A stretch of 64,000 nt of DNA from a virus (IMGVR_UViG_3300036783_000080:86651-150650), one strand, 5' to 3'. Positions 16,326 to 26,694 are shown, numbered from the stretch's first letter. Translations and numbers: made by a program. The notes: generated from the sequence alone by a model not told the origin.

Positions 16326-17420
16326 CTACATTGCACTTAATGTGTCATAATATTTCTTTGCTTCATCAGGATTCTCTTTCAAGAATACACGTGCATCCGC
16401 TTTACGATACTTTTTACCATCAATTTCATACCAACCTGATGAAGTTCCAAAGATTCCTTTTTCAAGTCCTTTATCAAGTAATGCACCCATTCCATCAATA
16501 CCTCCATGAATTGGGTCGAACACGATGTTGAATTCAGCTTTCTTAAATGGAGGAGCAACTTTGTTTTTCTTCGCAGTCGTAATACATTTAATCCCAGCAA
16601 CTTCGCTTCCTTCTTTGTACTGACCAATTTTAATAACTTCTAAACGTATAGAAGCATAGAACTTCAACGCACGTCCACCAGGAGTGCTTGTTTTCTCACC
16701 GAATGTAACGCCCACTTTGTCACGTACTTGGTTAATACACATGAAACAAATCTTTTGAGTGTTGATTAATGGATTAATCTTTCTGAATCCCTGAGACATA
16801 ATACGTCCGTGAACACCCACATTGTGGTCTCCATAGTCACCTTCAACTTCAACCCTTGCAGCAGTAGCGGCTACTGAATCCCAAACAATTAAAACTGGTC
16901 TATCTGGGTCTTTCTTACGAATTGTACCGATAATCTCCTCAATAAATTCAAACACATCCTCCATCGTTTCTGGCTGTGCATAAATCATCTTCTTGAGGTT
17001 AACGCCAATTGTCTTCGCACGGTTTCTATCAAGAGCGTGCTCAGTGTCTAAGAAGATAGCAATTCCACCCATCTTTTGTATCTCAGCAATAGCGTGTAAT
17101 GCAACAGTTGTTTTACCGTTAGACTCTGGACCATATAATTCAACAACACGTCCTAGTGGCCATCCACGTCCACCACTTAACACGTCATCAATATCAGGGT
17201 GTCCAGAAGGAATCCAACCGTTAACTTGCGCATGCGTAGCATTTTCTAGTGTCATGGCAGCTCCAGAATCCTTCTTGTTCAAATCGACAATTATGCTACT
17301 AATTAGGTCATCATCTTCGTCATCTTCAGCATCTTGAAGCTTATCGGCGGCATTGGACTCTTTTTTGACTTTAGTAGTATCTTTCTTTGTGTCTTTAGTG
17401 ATTGGTTTTCTTGTTACCAT
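16326..17420 (-). CDS. recA: RecA/UvsX-like recombinase
   Basis: ELYGPESNGKTT, DTEHALD, WDSVAA, INQVRDKVG, TPGGRALKFYASIR. Confidence 0.95.
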   Translation of the reverse strand: MVTRKPITKDTKKDTTKVKKESNAADKLQDAEDDEDDDLISSIIVDLNKKDSGAAMTLENATHAQVNGWIPSGHPDIDDVLSGGRGWPLGRVVELYGPESNGKTTVALHAIAEIQKMGGIAIFLDTEHALDRNRAKTIGVNLKKMIYAQPETMEDVFEFIEEIIGTIRKKDPDRPVLIVWDSVAATAARVEVEGDYGDHNVGVHGRIMSQGFRKINPLINTQKICFMCINQVRDKVGVTFGEKTSTPGGRALKFYASIRLEVIKIGQYKEGSEVAGIKCITTAKKNKVAPPFKKAEFNIVFDPIHGGIDGMGALLDKGLEKGIFGTSSGWYEIDGKKYRKADARVFLKENPDEAKKYYDTLSAM

Positions 17421-17480
17421 GTTTACACTCCTTTGTTATTTAAGGCTAAAAGAGAGGGTGACAAGCGTCACCCAGTTATG

Positions 17481-18353
17481 TTACTTTTTATGTTTGTTTA
17501 AAATGTTAGCGATTTCGTTTTCAACGTCATCAAGTTCTTCACCTTCATCATCGTCGTCATCGTCATCTTCGTCATCAATGTCGTCATCGTCATTTTCGAT
17601 GTCATCATCGTCTTCTTCTTCAACTTTTTTTACTGGTTTTTTCTTTTCATCTTTCTTTTTCTTTTTAGGCTTTTCTTCTTTCTCTTCCTCTTCTGACTCA
17701 TCGCCTTCCATAATTTTAACGATTTCGTCATACTCTTTAGCCTTTGTTAACGCTTCAATGTCGTGAAGCTGTTCATCTAAGTCATCAATATCATCAACAG
17801 GAGCTTCGTTTGGAAGGACTTGTACAGTATACTCTGTTTTACGTCCTTTACCTTTACGAGTGATTGTGATATTACGTCCTTTCACAGCGTGAGTGACGTC
17901 ACCGATATCAGGGTCACATACAGCAGTTAGGATTTCTTCAAACACTGTAATACCTGAACCATAAATAAGCGGCTTTTTAAAGTTATCATCTTTCTTTGTA
18001 AGTGTTTCATCAAACACGTTGTAGTAATATTTAGCCACAGCACGAATATCTTTTGCCAATGCTTTGTCATCTTCATCTTTAGATTTTAATAGAGCTTCAC
18101 GAAGTTCACATACAGGGCAATCATCGTGTCCAGCAGCTTTACGGCAAACAGTTTGTTTGTTCTTGTCTGGTCCAAGATTATAGTGAATTGCTGTTTCAGC
18201 AAAGTATTCTTCTCTTTCACCCTTTGGAGGTAATACACGAATTTTGTTTCGTCCATCTTTAGGAGACCACCAAGCAAAGTCTCCGCCTTGGTTTGCAGTT
18301 TTCTCTTGTGTTTCTTTTAATTTCTGACGTAATTTTTCAATATCTAATGCCAT
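17481..18353 (-). CDS. single-stranded DNA-binding protein, T4 gp32-like
   Basis: KIRVLP, H-x-C...CPVCE zinc site, GRNITITRKG, very acidic tail. Confidence 0.8.
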   Translation of the reverse strand: MALDIEKLRQKLKETQEKTANQGGDFAWWSPKDGRNKIRVLPPKGEREEYFAETAIHYNLGPDKNKQTVCRKAAGHDDCPVCELREALLKSKDEDDKALAKDIRAVAKYYYNVFDETLTKKDDNFKKPLIYGSGITVFEEILTAVCDPDIGDVTHAVKGRNITITRKGKGRKTEYTVQVLPNEAPVDDIDDLDEQLHDIEALTKAKEYDEIVKIMEGDESEEEEKEEKPKKKKKDEKKKPVKKVEEEDDDDIENDDDDIDDEDDDDDDDEGEELDDVENEIANILNKHKK

Positions 18354-18380
18354 TATGAATCTTCCTCTCTGTTTTTAACT

Positions 18381-18506
18381 ATTGCGACAAGTGGGCTTAT
18401 GACGCAAACAACGACTCAGGGCACGTATTCTATATATCAAACGGGAGGAAGGACAAACAGTTCACATCCCTGAGCCTGTGTTTACGCCATAAGCTATTGT
18501 CAACAA
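18381..18506 (-). other. long RNA stem-loop in the SSB leader
   Basis: GCUUAUGGCGUAAACA/UGUUUGCGUCAUAAGC and GGCUCAGGG/CCCUGAGUC; mismatches become G-U pairs only on the minus strand. Confidence 0.75.
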
Positions 18507-19019
18507 TTATTTATTTTTCTGAATAACTTTTTTAGCCATTTCTTTCTTCATTGTTAACTCAACATTATCATTCTCTTTTCTCACCATAGCTCCAAGACTT
18601 ATTAGAGCTTCCATACGGTGGTCAAAGGCTTTCATAATTTTGTCAAGTAGCTTGAATTGCTTAGTTGCTTTAATATAACGGGATTGTTTCTTTTTATACT
18701 CCTTGTCACACTTTACTTTCCTTGTAACAAGTCCTTCCGTTATTTTGATTCCATCAAGGTCTAACTCTTCACGAGCACGAATGTCAGCATGAAACTCTTC
18801 TTGTTCCATTTCAGCCTTCGCATTCTCCATTTTCTCTCGTGCTACTTCTGTAAGTGTTCCCCACCAAGCATATTTCCCTGGTTGGTCAATGTATCCGCCA
18901 TTGATATTAAATTTATCTATGATTAATTCATCTTTGGCGTTGAAATGATGTTCTTTATCCCCAACGAGCACCGTCACATCTATGTCAAGTGAGTCAAGCT
19001 CTATTTCTATGTTTGGCAT
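18507..19019 (-). CDS. UvsY-like recombination mediator
   Basis: Helical protein QPGKYAWW...ITEGLV...KAFDHR...LISLGA; next to SSB and RecA. Confidence 0.65.
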   Translation of the reverse strand: MPNIEIELDSLDIDVTVLVGDKEHHFNAKDELIIDKFNINGGYIDQPGKYAWWGTLTEVAREKMENAKAEMEQEEFHADIRAREELDLDGIKITEGLVTRKVKCDKEYKKKQSRYIKATKQFKLLDKIMKAFDHRMEALISLGAMVRKENDNVELTMKKEMAKKVIQKNK

Positions 19020-19051
19020 CCGTCACCAACTCCTCTCTTACATCTTACATA

Positions 19052-19084
19052 TAATAAAACGGGTGATGTGAAAAGTTTTCTCTT
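19052..19084 (-). promoter_or_regulatory. phage middle-type promoter
   Basis: AAGAGA-N18-GTTTTATTA. Confidence 0.75.
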
Positions 19085-19098
19085 GGGGAACATAGATG

Positions 19099-19269
19099 TT
19101 AGACTAAACTCATTCTTTTTGAGTGTATAACCTCTTTAAACCCACGAGCAACCCAGTATTTTCTATACTTTGGTGTACATTTCACTTCTATGTCGTGTTT
19201 CTCATGGTACATAACATAGGCTTCACGTTTCTCTTTTAATGAGTCCAGTGCTGTATATCTTCGTAGCAT
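19099..19269 (-). CDS. small hypothetical protein (56 aa)
   Basis: Hand-translated MLRRYTALDSLK...MSLV; RBS AAGGAGG. Confidence 0.6.
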   Translation of the reverse strand: MLRRYTALDSLKEKREAYVMYHEKHDIEVKCTPKYRKYWVARGFKEVIHSKRMSLV

Positions 19270-19289
19270 CTACATTCCCCTCCTTCACA

Positions 19290-19914
19290 TTAACTTGCTT
19301 TTGCGTGGTCTTTCAAGTTCTTCTCGTGTTTCTTCTGCCATTTTTCGTCAATGTAATCGAATACATTGTCATACTCATCTAAATCTTCCAATTTGTTTAA
19401 TCCAACTAAATCTCCATAGTTACGTCCAATCTCAATATCCGCAACTAATGGAACATTAATCCAATCAAAGTGAGGATATTCCATAATTCCTTTTACAATC
19501 TCAATAACTTCCTTAAGTTCTGGAATGTAAACATCAAGCACAATACTATCGTGTACTGTAATAACAATCATTGACTTCATTCCAAGTTCTTTTAACTTCT
19601 TGTCAATCTTAATGAGCGATGTTACTGTAATATCTGAACCTGTAGATTGAATAGGAGCATTTACAGCCTGTCTCATACAATCTCCAACGATACTACGTTT
19701 GTTTGAGTCAACACCAGGAAGCCTTCTATGACGTCCTGTAAGCGTTTCTACATATTTATGCTTCTTAACAAATTTGGCTGTATCGTCAAGCCATTTCTTC
19801 ACACCAGAGAACTCAGTGAAGTACGCATCAATGAACTCTCTCGCTTCTTCAACAGATACTTTCATATCTTGTGCTAGTGAATATTCACCTTTTCCGTAAA
19901 TCAAGCCAAAATTT
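19290..19914 (-). CDS. family A DNA polymerase, exon 2
   Basis: NFGLIYG, RQAVNAPIQST, TVHDSI (motif C); in-frame join with exon 1 gives 882 aa. Confidence 0.9.
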
Positions 19915-20864
19915 CAATATTTATATATTGTATAAGCATTTAACTTACACATTCTATATGTTTCCATATAGTTTAGACTATATCTTCACCGTAAGGTGCT
20001 GGGCACTCGTGGATGGATTATCGTTTTGCCTAACTCACCATCTAGTCGTTGAACCTTCTCCATACTTTAAAGGCTTTCAGGAGCTTGGATGCTGATTGTC
20101 CAATCATCTTGTTTTTCAAACATTCACGTTTACCGTTTCCAGTTACGTTGTAGTACAAGAAGCTCTAAGGAGTTTCCAGCAATTCACCCAGTTTATTTAA
20201 AAGGCTGCAAATTATATATTGGCTATTATTGTTCCATCTTCTCCTCTTATTATGTGTTCGTTATGATGACAAGGTTTGCAAAGTATCTCAAGGTTGGAAA
20301 GCTCGTTGTTGTCTCGGTTTCTATCCTTGTGATGTACGTCTAAAGTATGCAAATCCCCATCTTTCCCGCAACGATTACATTTATGAGAAAAGTTTTCGAA
20401 AGCGAGCTTTCGATATTTAGAAATATTTTGACAAAGGTCACAACGTTTTTGATTGTTACCTGTTTTTGTAAAATGTTTCCCACAGGTTGGACATTTAATG
20501 AATGGCACTCTATATATTTTGTATGACTGGTCTCTTCTGTTATTCACTTTATTTCGACACTCACTGCAATACTTCTGGTTGTAAGCTGAAGGGTTGAAGT
20601 CTCTTTTACATTCGTTACAAGAGACTACTTTGTCCAATAGTCTCCCCTTTTGACTTCTCCCTTTTTTCTTTCGTTCTTCTCTACACGTATTGCAGTATTT
20701 TTGAGTTCCAATCTTCGCTTTAAATGTCTTTTCACAGTTTTTACAAATTTTGTCGTATTTCGCCACATCAAAAGTTCTAATCATATTTGTTCTCTTCATC
20801 ATTATCACCTCATAGTTAATATGAAAGTAATATAGAGAACAAAAGCCAAAGATTTATTTAGCTT
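19915..20864 (-). mobile_element. group I intron (phage IA-type) in the DNA polymerase gene
   Basis: Core elements AAUUGCUGGAAA, AAUCAGCA, UCAACGACUA, AAGAUAUAGUC; P9 hairpins; U|...G| boundaries restore KAVNFGLIYG. Confidence 0.9.
20212..20808 (-). CDS. intron-encoded HNH homing endonuclease with three zinc-finger repeats
   Basis: 3x CxxC...QK(Y/R)CxxC, then CNRC...DVHHKDRNRDNNELSNLEILCKPCHHNEH. Confidence 0.85.
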   Translation of the reverse strand: MIMMKRTNMIRTFDVAKYDKICKNCEKTFKAKIGTQKYCNTCREERKKKGRSQKGRLLDKVVSCNECKRDFNPSAYNQKYCSECRNKVNNRRDQSYKIYRVPFIKCPTCGKHFTKTGNNQKRCDLCQNISKYRKLAFENFSHKCNRCGKDGDLHTLDVHHKDRNRDNNELSNLEILCKPCHHNEHIIRGEDGTIIANI

Positions 20865-22888
20865 ACAGCCTTTGCTTTTGTACGGTCATCGTCTGTAACT
20901 TCTTCTATCGGTTTCTTCATAGAGATACTAGCAGCATATATGTGTAAATCATGACCATCTCTGTACGCTTGAATTAATCGTTCATCACCAGAGAATATCG
21001 CAGCAATACGAAGTTCCAGCTGAGAGTAATCGGCTTGTAGGATGAGTCCTTCATCTCCATAGCGGCTTACGAACATCTTTTTAATTCCATACTGATATTC
21101 GAACGAGTACGGGTTGTTTGACTTCCTTGGGAAGTTCTGAGCATTCGGTGCTTCTGATGCTAAACGTCCTGTAACCGTACCATGTAACATAAAGGTTGGA
21201 TGTACCAGTCCATCTTCCCCAATCCAAGTACGAGCTGGTTTGATATATGTTCCATAAACTTTATCCAATCTTCGCCACTCTGACAGCAAGCTCGCTATTG
21301 GATGTTTGTCCTTCAAGTACTCTAGTGTTTCTTTACCTGTAGACAAATCTGAAGTCTTTGGCTTGAACTTCTTATCTTTTCTCTGAAGCTCTTTCGCTTT
21401 GTCTGTCAAGAAAGGTGTTTCCAATCCTAACTTATCAAACAATAACTCTCTTAATTGAGCGGTTGAACCAAAGTTGAAATTGAAGTTCTTATATTTGTTG
21501 TACTTAAGTATCTCTTTGTCACGTTCATCTTTTGGTTTCTTCATCTCTTCTTGACGAATTTTGAACAGATTATGTTTCTCTCTTTCTATCTGTACAACCT
21601 CAGGGAACTCTCGCAGCTTCTCTTCGATTTTAGCCATACGAGCAGGGAATGCCTCTTCATACTCTGCAAGTCGCTCAGGATTCAAGCGTATGCCGTTAGA
21701 TTCAATGTTTCGTAACATATAAGAAGCTTCCAACATAATCTCTTTGAATACAAAGTCCCAAGCTTCATTTTCTTCAAGGTGTTTCTTGAACGTCATATAA
21801 AGTCGGAACGTACAGTCAACATCGGCAGCGGCGTATTCTCTTAAGATTTCCCAAGGAATGTTGTCATAGTTATGTTGCATCGCTTCTGGAAGAGTTTTCT
21901 TGAACTCATCAAGGTCGTTATCGTAACCGCCCATATCAGTATGTTCCCAAGCTAAATCTTTAAGCCCGTGTCCACCACGTTCTTCTGAAACTGTAAGATA
22001 ATGACATAACATTGGGTCGAATGCGAAGTTTGCTACATCAATGTTATATTTAGCAAGTAGCCACTTCATATCGAACTTACCATTATGTGCCATTTTCTTA
22101 ATCCGTTTGTTTTCCAGTAGCCGCTTAATTAATCCTTTAACTTTATCAAGTACCATTCCTGGCCAAGTAAACTCTTGATGTTCAAGCGGAATCGTTACAC
22201 CACGATGCGTTCCATCTGTTAGAGAGATACAGACAATTTTCTGATTCTTCAGAAATGGGTTTAAGCTCGTGGTCTCTAAGTCAAAACAGTTCCATTCGGC
22301 TTGTTCAAGTCTCTCAATCTCTTTTTCCACGTCTTCGTACGTTTCCAAATAGTTATAATTGACTGACTTTCTTGTTAAAACATCTCGTCCTTTTTCAGCC
22401 AACTCTTTTAAGTTCTGAAGGTCTTTCGCAAAGTTCTTTGAGTGTTTCGGCTGAGTGAATAAGTTTTCTGGGTGAATGATTGGGAAAATGATATAATCAT
22501 CTGTCTCAACCGCTTTCCCTCTGTACTTTGTAATCCCTGTCATACCATAAATCTTTTTCAAAGATACATTCCCCAAAGGTACGATGATATCAGGCTTGAT
22601 GACTTTTAGTTCTGCTTCAAATATTGGACCACATTCCTCAATTTCTTCTTTTACAGGAGGTCTGTCATCATCCAAAGCATACTTCACATATCCTGTGAAG
22701 TAACATTCCTCTTTGGGGTCAATTCCTAACTGTTTAAGAGCTGCCTTAATGAGCTTCCCAGCTCTACCTGTCATATACTTCCCTTTGGCATATTCCTCTT
22801 CAGTAGGAGCATCAGCAACAAACATTATCCTAGCAGATTTCTTCCCTGTACCAAATAACGGTTCATCTTTTAGTTCATCAATGGACAT
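20865..22888 (-). CDS. family A DNA polymerase, exon 1 (UDG-like domain, 3'-5' exonuclease, polymerase)
   Basis: DLET, HNGKFD, YAAADV, TGRLAS, ADYSQLELR, RTKAKAV. Confidence 0.95.
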
Positions 22889-22917
22889 TCAATCAAATCT
22901 CCTTTCTTTACTCTACA

Positions 22918-22950
22918 TAATAAAACGGAAGACTGCATAAAGATACTCCT
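22918..22950 (-). promoter_or_regulatory. phage middle-type promoter
   Basis: AGGAGT-N18-GTTTTATTA. Confidence 0.8.
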
Positions 22951-22959
22951 GGAAAACAA

Positions 22960-22995
22960 GAAAAAGGCACAGAGCTTAGTGTGCCCTGTGCCTTT
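22960..22995 (-). terminator. intrinsic terminator
   Basis: AAAGGCACAG/CTGTGCCTTT stem plus T-run. Confidence 0.75.
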
Positions 22996-23009
22996 TATGA
23001 ACCAATAAA

Positions 23010-23342
23010 CTATTCAGCTTTCTTTTTCTTTTTCTTGTCAAGGAAGTCTTGTACATTTAATTCTTCCACAGCTTTATCTAAGTGTGAACCAGATTTAATT
23101 TTAACAGCCATTTTAGGAGCAATTTCAAGCTCTTCATTTGTTTGAGGATTGAATCCTTTGCGTCCAGAGCGTGCTACTGGTTCAGCAGTGATTAATCCTG
23201 CAATTTGTACTTTTTCTCCAGCTTCTAAGCCAGCAGCGATTGATTTACCCACTAATGATACTGCGATGTTTGCTAATGCCTTTGTCATTTTTCCACTTTC
23301 ATCTAATTCCACCATTTTGTCTAATAAGTCTGCACGATTCAT
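23010..23342 (-). CDS. HU/TF1-family DNA-binding protein
   Basis: MNRADLL...GEKVQIAG...RKGFNPQTNEELEI. Confidence 0.9.
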   Translation of the reverse strand: MNRADLLDKMVELDESGKMTKALANIAVSLVGKSIAAGLEAGEKVQIAGLITAEPVARSGRKGFNPQTNEELEIAPKMAVKIKSGSHLDKAVEELNVQDFLDKKKKKKAE

Positions 23343-23397
23343 ATTAAAAACCTCCAATAATTTGTTTTAGTTTAGTTTATATCTATATGAAAGCCAG

Positions 23398-23832
23398 TTA
23401 GCTGGCTGTGTTCCCTTGTAGCCATTTTACAAAGTCTGCTGGATTGTTTCGTAGGATATATGTTACCCAAAGCATTCCATAGTTGGCTTCATCGCCGACA
23501 GTGTCAACTTTACTTTCACCAACTTCATCGTCTTTGCTATGAAGTGTCATATTTTCCAGTCTGTCAAACTTACGTGCCATATTAAAGAAGATATCTTGTT
23601 CACCACGTTTACACCAAGAACGTCCATAAGAGCCTTCTTTGCTGTATTGTAGATGAGATAAGGACACGAATGCTAAAGTCATCAATGCGTTGTCCTCTCT
23701 GAGTTCTCCTTTGTTACCAGCGATAGTTTGATGTACAAGAGCCGCTTGTTGAAGTAATCTATCAACATTGCTGTCCTCTTGAACTGGAACATACTTTTTA
23801 TACAATTCATATACTTCTTCGCTATTGACCAC
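23398..23832 (-). CDS. nucleotide-modification-associated domain 1 (Nmad1/DUF1599-like) protein
   Basis: KEGSYGRSW...RKFDRL...ESKVDTVGDEANY pattern. Confidence 0.7.
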   Translation of the reverse strand: MVNSEEVYELYKKYVPVQEDSNVDRLLQQAALVHQTIAGNKGELREDNALMTLAFVSLSHLQYSKEGSYGRSWCKRGEQDIFFNMARKFDRLENMTLHSKDDEVGESKVDTVGDEANYGMLWVTYILRNNPADFVKWLQGNTAS

Positions 23833-23864
23833 TGGTCTTTCATCTCCTTCATATTATATTCTGA

Positions 23865-24269
23865 TTATAGCTGAATCATTCTCTTTGCAAAAGTCTTTTG
23901 AAGAACTTTTTGTATATCTTTCCAATCAACTGTGGACATGTACAGGTTTCTGTCGTCAATATAAATGTCCGCTCCAACTTTTCGTGCCACCTTTGGGTGG
24001 TACTTTTTCTTGACTTCAGGTAACTGGTCATTAACTGCTGCGAATAAATCTAACATATTGTGTTGTTTCAGAAACTTCATCGCTTCATAAAGGCTCTCCG
24101 CTGTACGACAAGTCCATAAAACCAACACAACATCCTTTCTATTCGCTAACCAAGTTAACACCTCTTTACAGTGAGGACGAAGAGTCATCTGGTGACTCAT
24201 CGCCTTCTCCTCTGTAATTGTTCCGTCAAAATCAACCGCTATAACAAATTTATCTGGTAAAAATTCCAA
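23865..24269 (-). CDS. HAD-superfamily phosphatase (putative nucleotidase)
   Basis: AVDFDGT, LWTCR, RKVGADIYIDDR; likely TTG start. Confidence 0.85.
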   Translation of the reverse strand: MEFLPDKFVIAVDFDGTITEEKAMSHQMTLRPHCKEVLTWLANRKDVVLVLWTCRTAESLYEAMKFLKQHNMLDLFAAVNDQLPEVKKKYHPKVARKVGADIYIDDRNLYMSTVDWKDIQKVLQKTFAKRMIQL

Positions 24270-24291
24270 CCGCTCCACTCTCCTTTTGTTT

Positions 24292-25455
24292 TTACACTCG
24301 CTTCCCTTCAATATAACGGATTTTATCAGCAGAATAATGAACATATAGCTCTTTAAACGTTGAAGAATCTGCATAGAACTTATGAAGGAAGAACAAGCAA
24401 GATAACTTCCACTGACAATCTTTCATTTCTGATAACACTTGAATCATTAAGCCAAACTGTTTTAACTTATGAGCACGATACGCAATCATAGAGAAAACAT
24501 TTGTACGGAAATACTCGTCAGGAATTGCTGTTGCAAAAGCCATAATCTGTTCTTGTACTTCAATTTGCTCGAAAGCAGCATCATTATGAAGTGTTTCAAC
24601 AAATCCTTGATTAAATAGTACATCCAAGAAAGCAGTTGTTTCTTGTAATGTGGATTTAATTCTTGGCTCGTTTTCAAACGTGAAATGTTTTACTTCTGGA
24701 GCTTCAAGTTCATCCCCTGTTAACCCGTATGCCTTTTTGATTTTGTCTGACTCTTTATATCCATAATCCTTTAAATAGATATGTAATGAGTCAGTAACTT
24801 GGTTATATGTTCCCACTTCAATTCCTAACCAAGAAGCAACCATTTCTTGAAGCGTAGCAAACTGACATAAGTTCGCTCCAAATGTTCCGTAATGTAAGTC
24901 ATTACTTCTGTTATAGACTGTTAACTGAAGTTTGTTTTTACGGATTTTAAAACAAAGAGTCATATTACAAGGGAAGTCTTTACCCTCATAACTTGAGTTG
25001 TCAAACATCGGATTCCAAATTTGAGCAACCGCTTGTCGTGTATCCCAGTCTTTAAGTAGTTTCTCATACACATCTACCAGTTGGTCAATAGGATTGATAA
25101 TTTGGCCAGTCAAGTCGTTCTTATTCCAAAAGCGTAGTCGTTCCCCATAAGGAGCGTTAAAGTACACGCCATCATCAGAGAACTCGCCCATATTCTGGTT
25201 GTACTTAAGTAAGAACTCAACGTCAGAACGTCCCGCAGAAATCCAAAGAGCTTCTGCTTGTTGGAAGAATGGGTTGATACGTCTATCCTCCAAGAAAGTA
25301 ACACGGTTCAGAGGGTTTGTGAACTCAACAATTACGGGACGTAATTCTTTGATGTCTTTTCCTCTTGGAGCAACAATGTCTCCTTCGTTTTCTAATGCAA
25401 CGAACGCATCCATATAAAGCTGTGATGAATTGTCATTTGTAAAGATTTTACCCAT
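24292..25455 (-). CDS. dUMP hydroxymethylase (thymidylate synthase fold)
   Basis: YGERL, DTRQA, KDFPCN, NRSNDLHYGTFGANL, SLHIY; Asn at the dUMP-specificity position; C-terminal extension; context of hmU kinase and transferase. Confidence 0.85.
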   Translation of the reverse strand: MGKIFTNDNSSQLYMDAFVALENEGDIVAPRGKDIKELRPVIVEFTNPLNRVTFLEDRRINPFFQQAEALWISAGRSDVEFLLKYNQNMGEFSDDGVYFNAPYGERLRFWNKNDLTGQIINPIDQLVDVYEKLLKDWDTRQAVAQIWNPMFDNSSYEGKDFPCNMTLCFKIRKNKLQLTVYNRSNDLHYGTFGANLCQFATLQEMVASWLGIEVGTYNQVTDSLHIYLKDYGYKESDKIKKAYGLTGDELEAPEVKHFTFENEPRIKSTLQETTAFLDVLFNQGFVETLHNDAAFEQIEVQEQIMAFATAIPDEYFRTNVFSMIAYRAHKLKQFGLMIQVLSEMKDCQWKLSCLFFLHKFYADSSTFKELYVHYSADKIRYIEGKRV

Positions 25456-25490
25456 AGTTTGAAAAACTCCTTTCAGTATCTCTTACACCT

Positions 25491-25522
25491 TAATAAAACG
25501 GATAAGTGAAAAAGTTTCTCCT
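25491..25522 (-). promoter_or_regulatory. phage middle-type promoter
   Basis: AGGAGA-N17-GTTTTATTA. Confidence 0.75.
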
Positions 25523-25605
25523 GAATACATAAATTATGTGGAAAACCTTAACTTCATAAAAGATTCCCACAGTAAACCCTATGTTATAAACTAGGAGGTG
25601 ATACC

Positions 25606-25944
25606 ATGGGTGCGGGTAAATACATTCCAGGTTTAGGAAAGATTTTCAAAATCGGTAAAGATGAGATTGAACCATCTGCGTTAGCAGGCAGTGGCGATAC
25701 TTCTGCTTTGGAAGCAAGAATCAAGCAACTTGAAACTGATTTAGCTACTGTTAAAAGTACAGCTAACAGTGCCAACTCCACTGCTACTACTGCCAAATCA
25801 ACTGCAGATACTGCTAAATCTACTGCTGACACTGCGAAGTCTACAGCTGATAGCGCAACAACGAACATCAACGGTTACAAAACATCCAACGACGCTAAAG
25901 TCACTGGCATTGACAACCGTGTTAAAGCATTGGAAGCAAAATAA
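25606..25944 (+). CDS. coiled-coil protein with AKSTADT heptad repeats
   Basis: RBS AGGAGGTG; 7-aa repeats; followed by terminator. Confidence 0.8.
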   Translation: MGAGKYIPGLGKIFKIGKDEIEPSALAGSGDTSALEARIKQLETDLATVKSTANSANSTATTAKSTADTAKSTADTAKSTADSATTNINGYKTSNDAKVTGIDNRVKALEAK

Positions 25945-25946
25945 TG

Positions 25947-25975
25947 AGAAAAGGAAGCTCATAGGCTTCCTTTTC
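25947..25975. terminator. bidirectional terminator between convergent genes
   Basis: AGAAAAGGAAGC/GCTTCCTTTTCT. Confidence 0.8.
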
Positions 25976-25980
25976 TTTAT

Positions 25981-26691
25981 TTACATAAATTCTTCACCAA
26001 ATCCCCCATTCTTACGCTTCTGCTGGATATTCTCAATAATTCTTACAGTTGTGTTAAAACGTTCAGCAATGACCACCTGAGTGAGCTTTCCTTCCATTAG
26101 TAATAAAACAACTTCATAGCGTTCTTTGTAACTTAATGTTTTGTTTCCTTTCGGAACAAATGGAATATATTTCTCATCCATGTCTGGGTCAATATGACTC
26201 CAAGTTCTTCCATTCTTTATACTTCTGATAGTTCCTTCATCATGACCAAGTTCCCTCGCCACATCTGCTGCTGTTTTATCTGGTTGTGAATGGAAAATTC
26301 TTTTTATGTGAAGAGCTTGCTCAACAGTTAATGTGGGAGCGTTTACTGTCTTATGTCTCTTTCTTCTTTTCATATCATCCATATTATCTTGGTGCGTTCC
26401 CAGTTCTAAATGTTCTGGATTGATACAAAGACTGTTATCACACTTATGTCTGACAACCACACCATTTGGTATTGCTTCCCCGTGAGTAATAAACCACACA
26501 TAGTGCGTGACTGTTAGTCCCTTTCCTTTGTTTCCTCTGGCTTGTGGATAATTACTTCTGCAAACTCTGGGATAACCACTCACCGATATCTTATGACTCA
26601 CGCACTCCCAACAATCTTTATTCTTAATATATTCTATCGGTTTACATATTTTCTTAACATCGTTCGGCTCTTGTAATGTATATGTTTTCAT
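25981..26691 (-). CDS. free-standing HNH endonuclease with C-terminal HTH domains
   Basis: CWEC, VRHKCDNSLCINPEHLELGTHQDNMDD; two HTH-like segments. Confidence 0.85.
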   Translation of the reverse strand: MKTYTLQEPNDVKKICKPIEYIKNKDCWECVSHKISVSGYPRVCRSNYPQARGNKGKGLTVTHYVWFITHGEAIPNGVVVRHKCDNSLCINPEHLELGTHQDNMDDMKRRKRHKTVNAPTLTVEQALHIKRIFHSQPDKTAADVARELGHDEGTIRSIKNGRTWSHIDPDMDEKYIPFVPKGNKTLSYKERYEVVLLLMEGKLTQVVIAERFNTTVRIIENIQQKRKNGGFGEEFM

Positions 26692-26694
26692 TAA

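Noticed and set aside
17540-17700. TCA/TCG/TCT-type microsatellite tracts (also ~29850 and ~34500)
   Set aside because: Encode Asp/Glu-rich linkers
19290-22888. Polymerase as a frameshifted pseudogene or intein-split gene
   Set aside because: Group I intron core sequences and an in-frame splice junction explain the break
24292-25455. Ordinary thymidylate synthase thyA or dCMP hydroxymethylase
   Set aside because: Asn at the specificity site, the C-terminal extension and the neighbouring hmU kinase and transferase favour dUMP hydroxymethylase
25750-25860. 21-bp tandem repeats as a non-coding array
   Set aside because: Degenerate at third codon positions; they encode heptads
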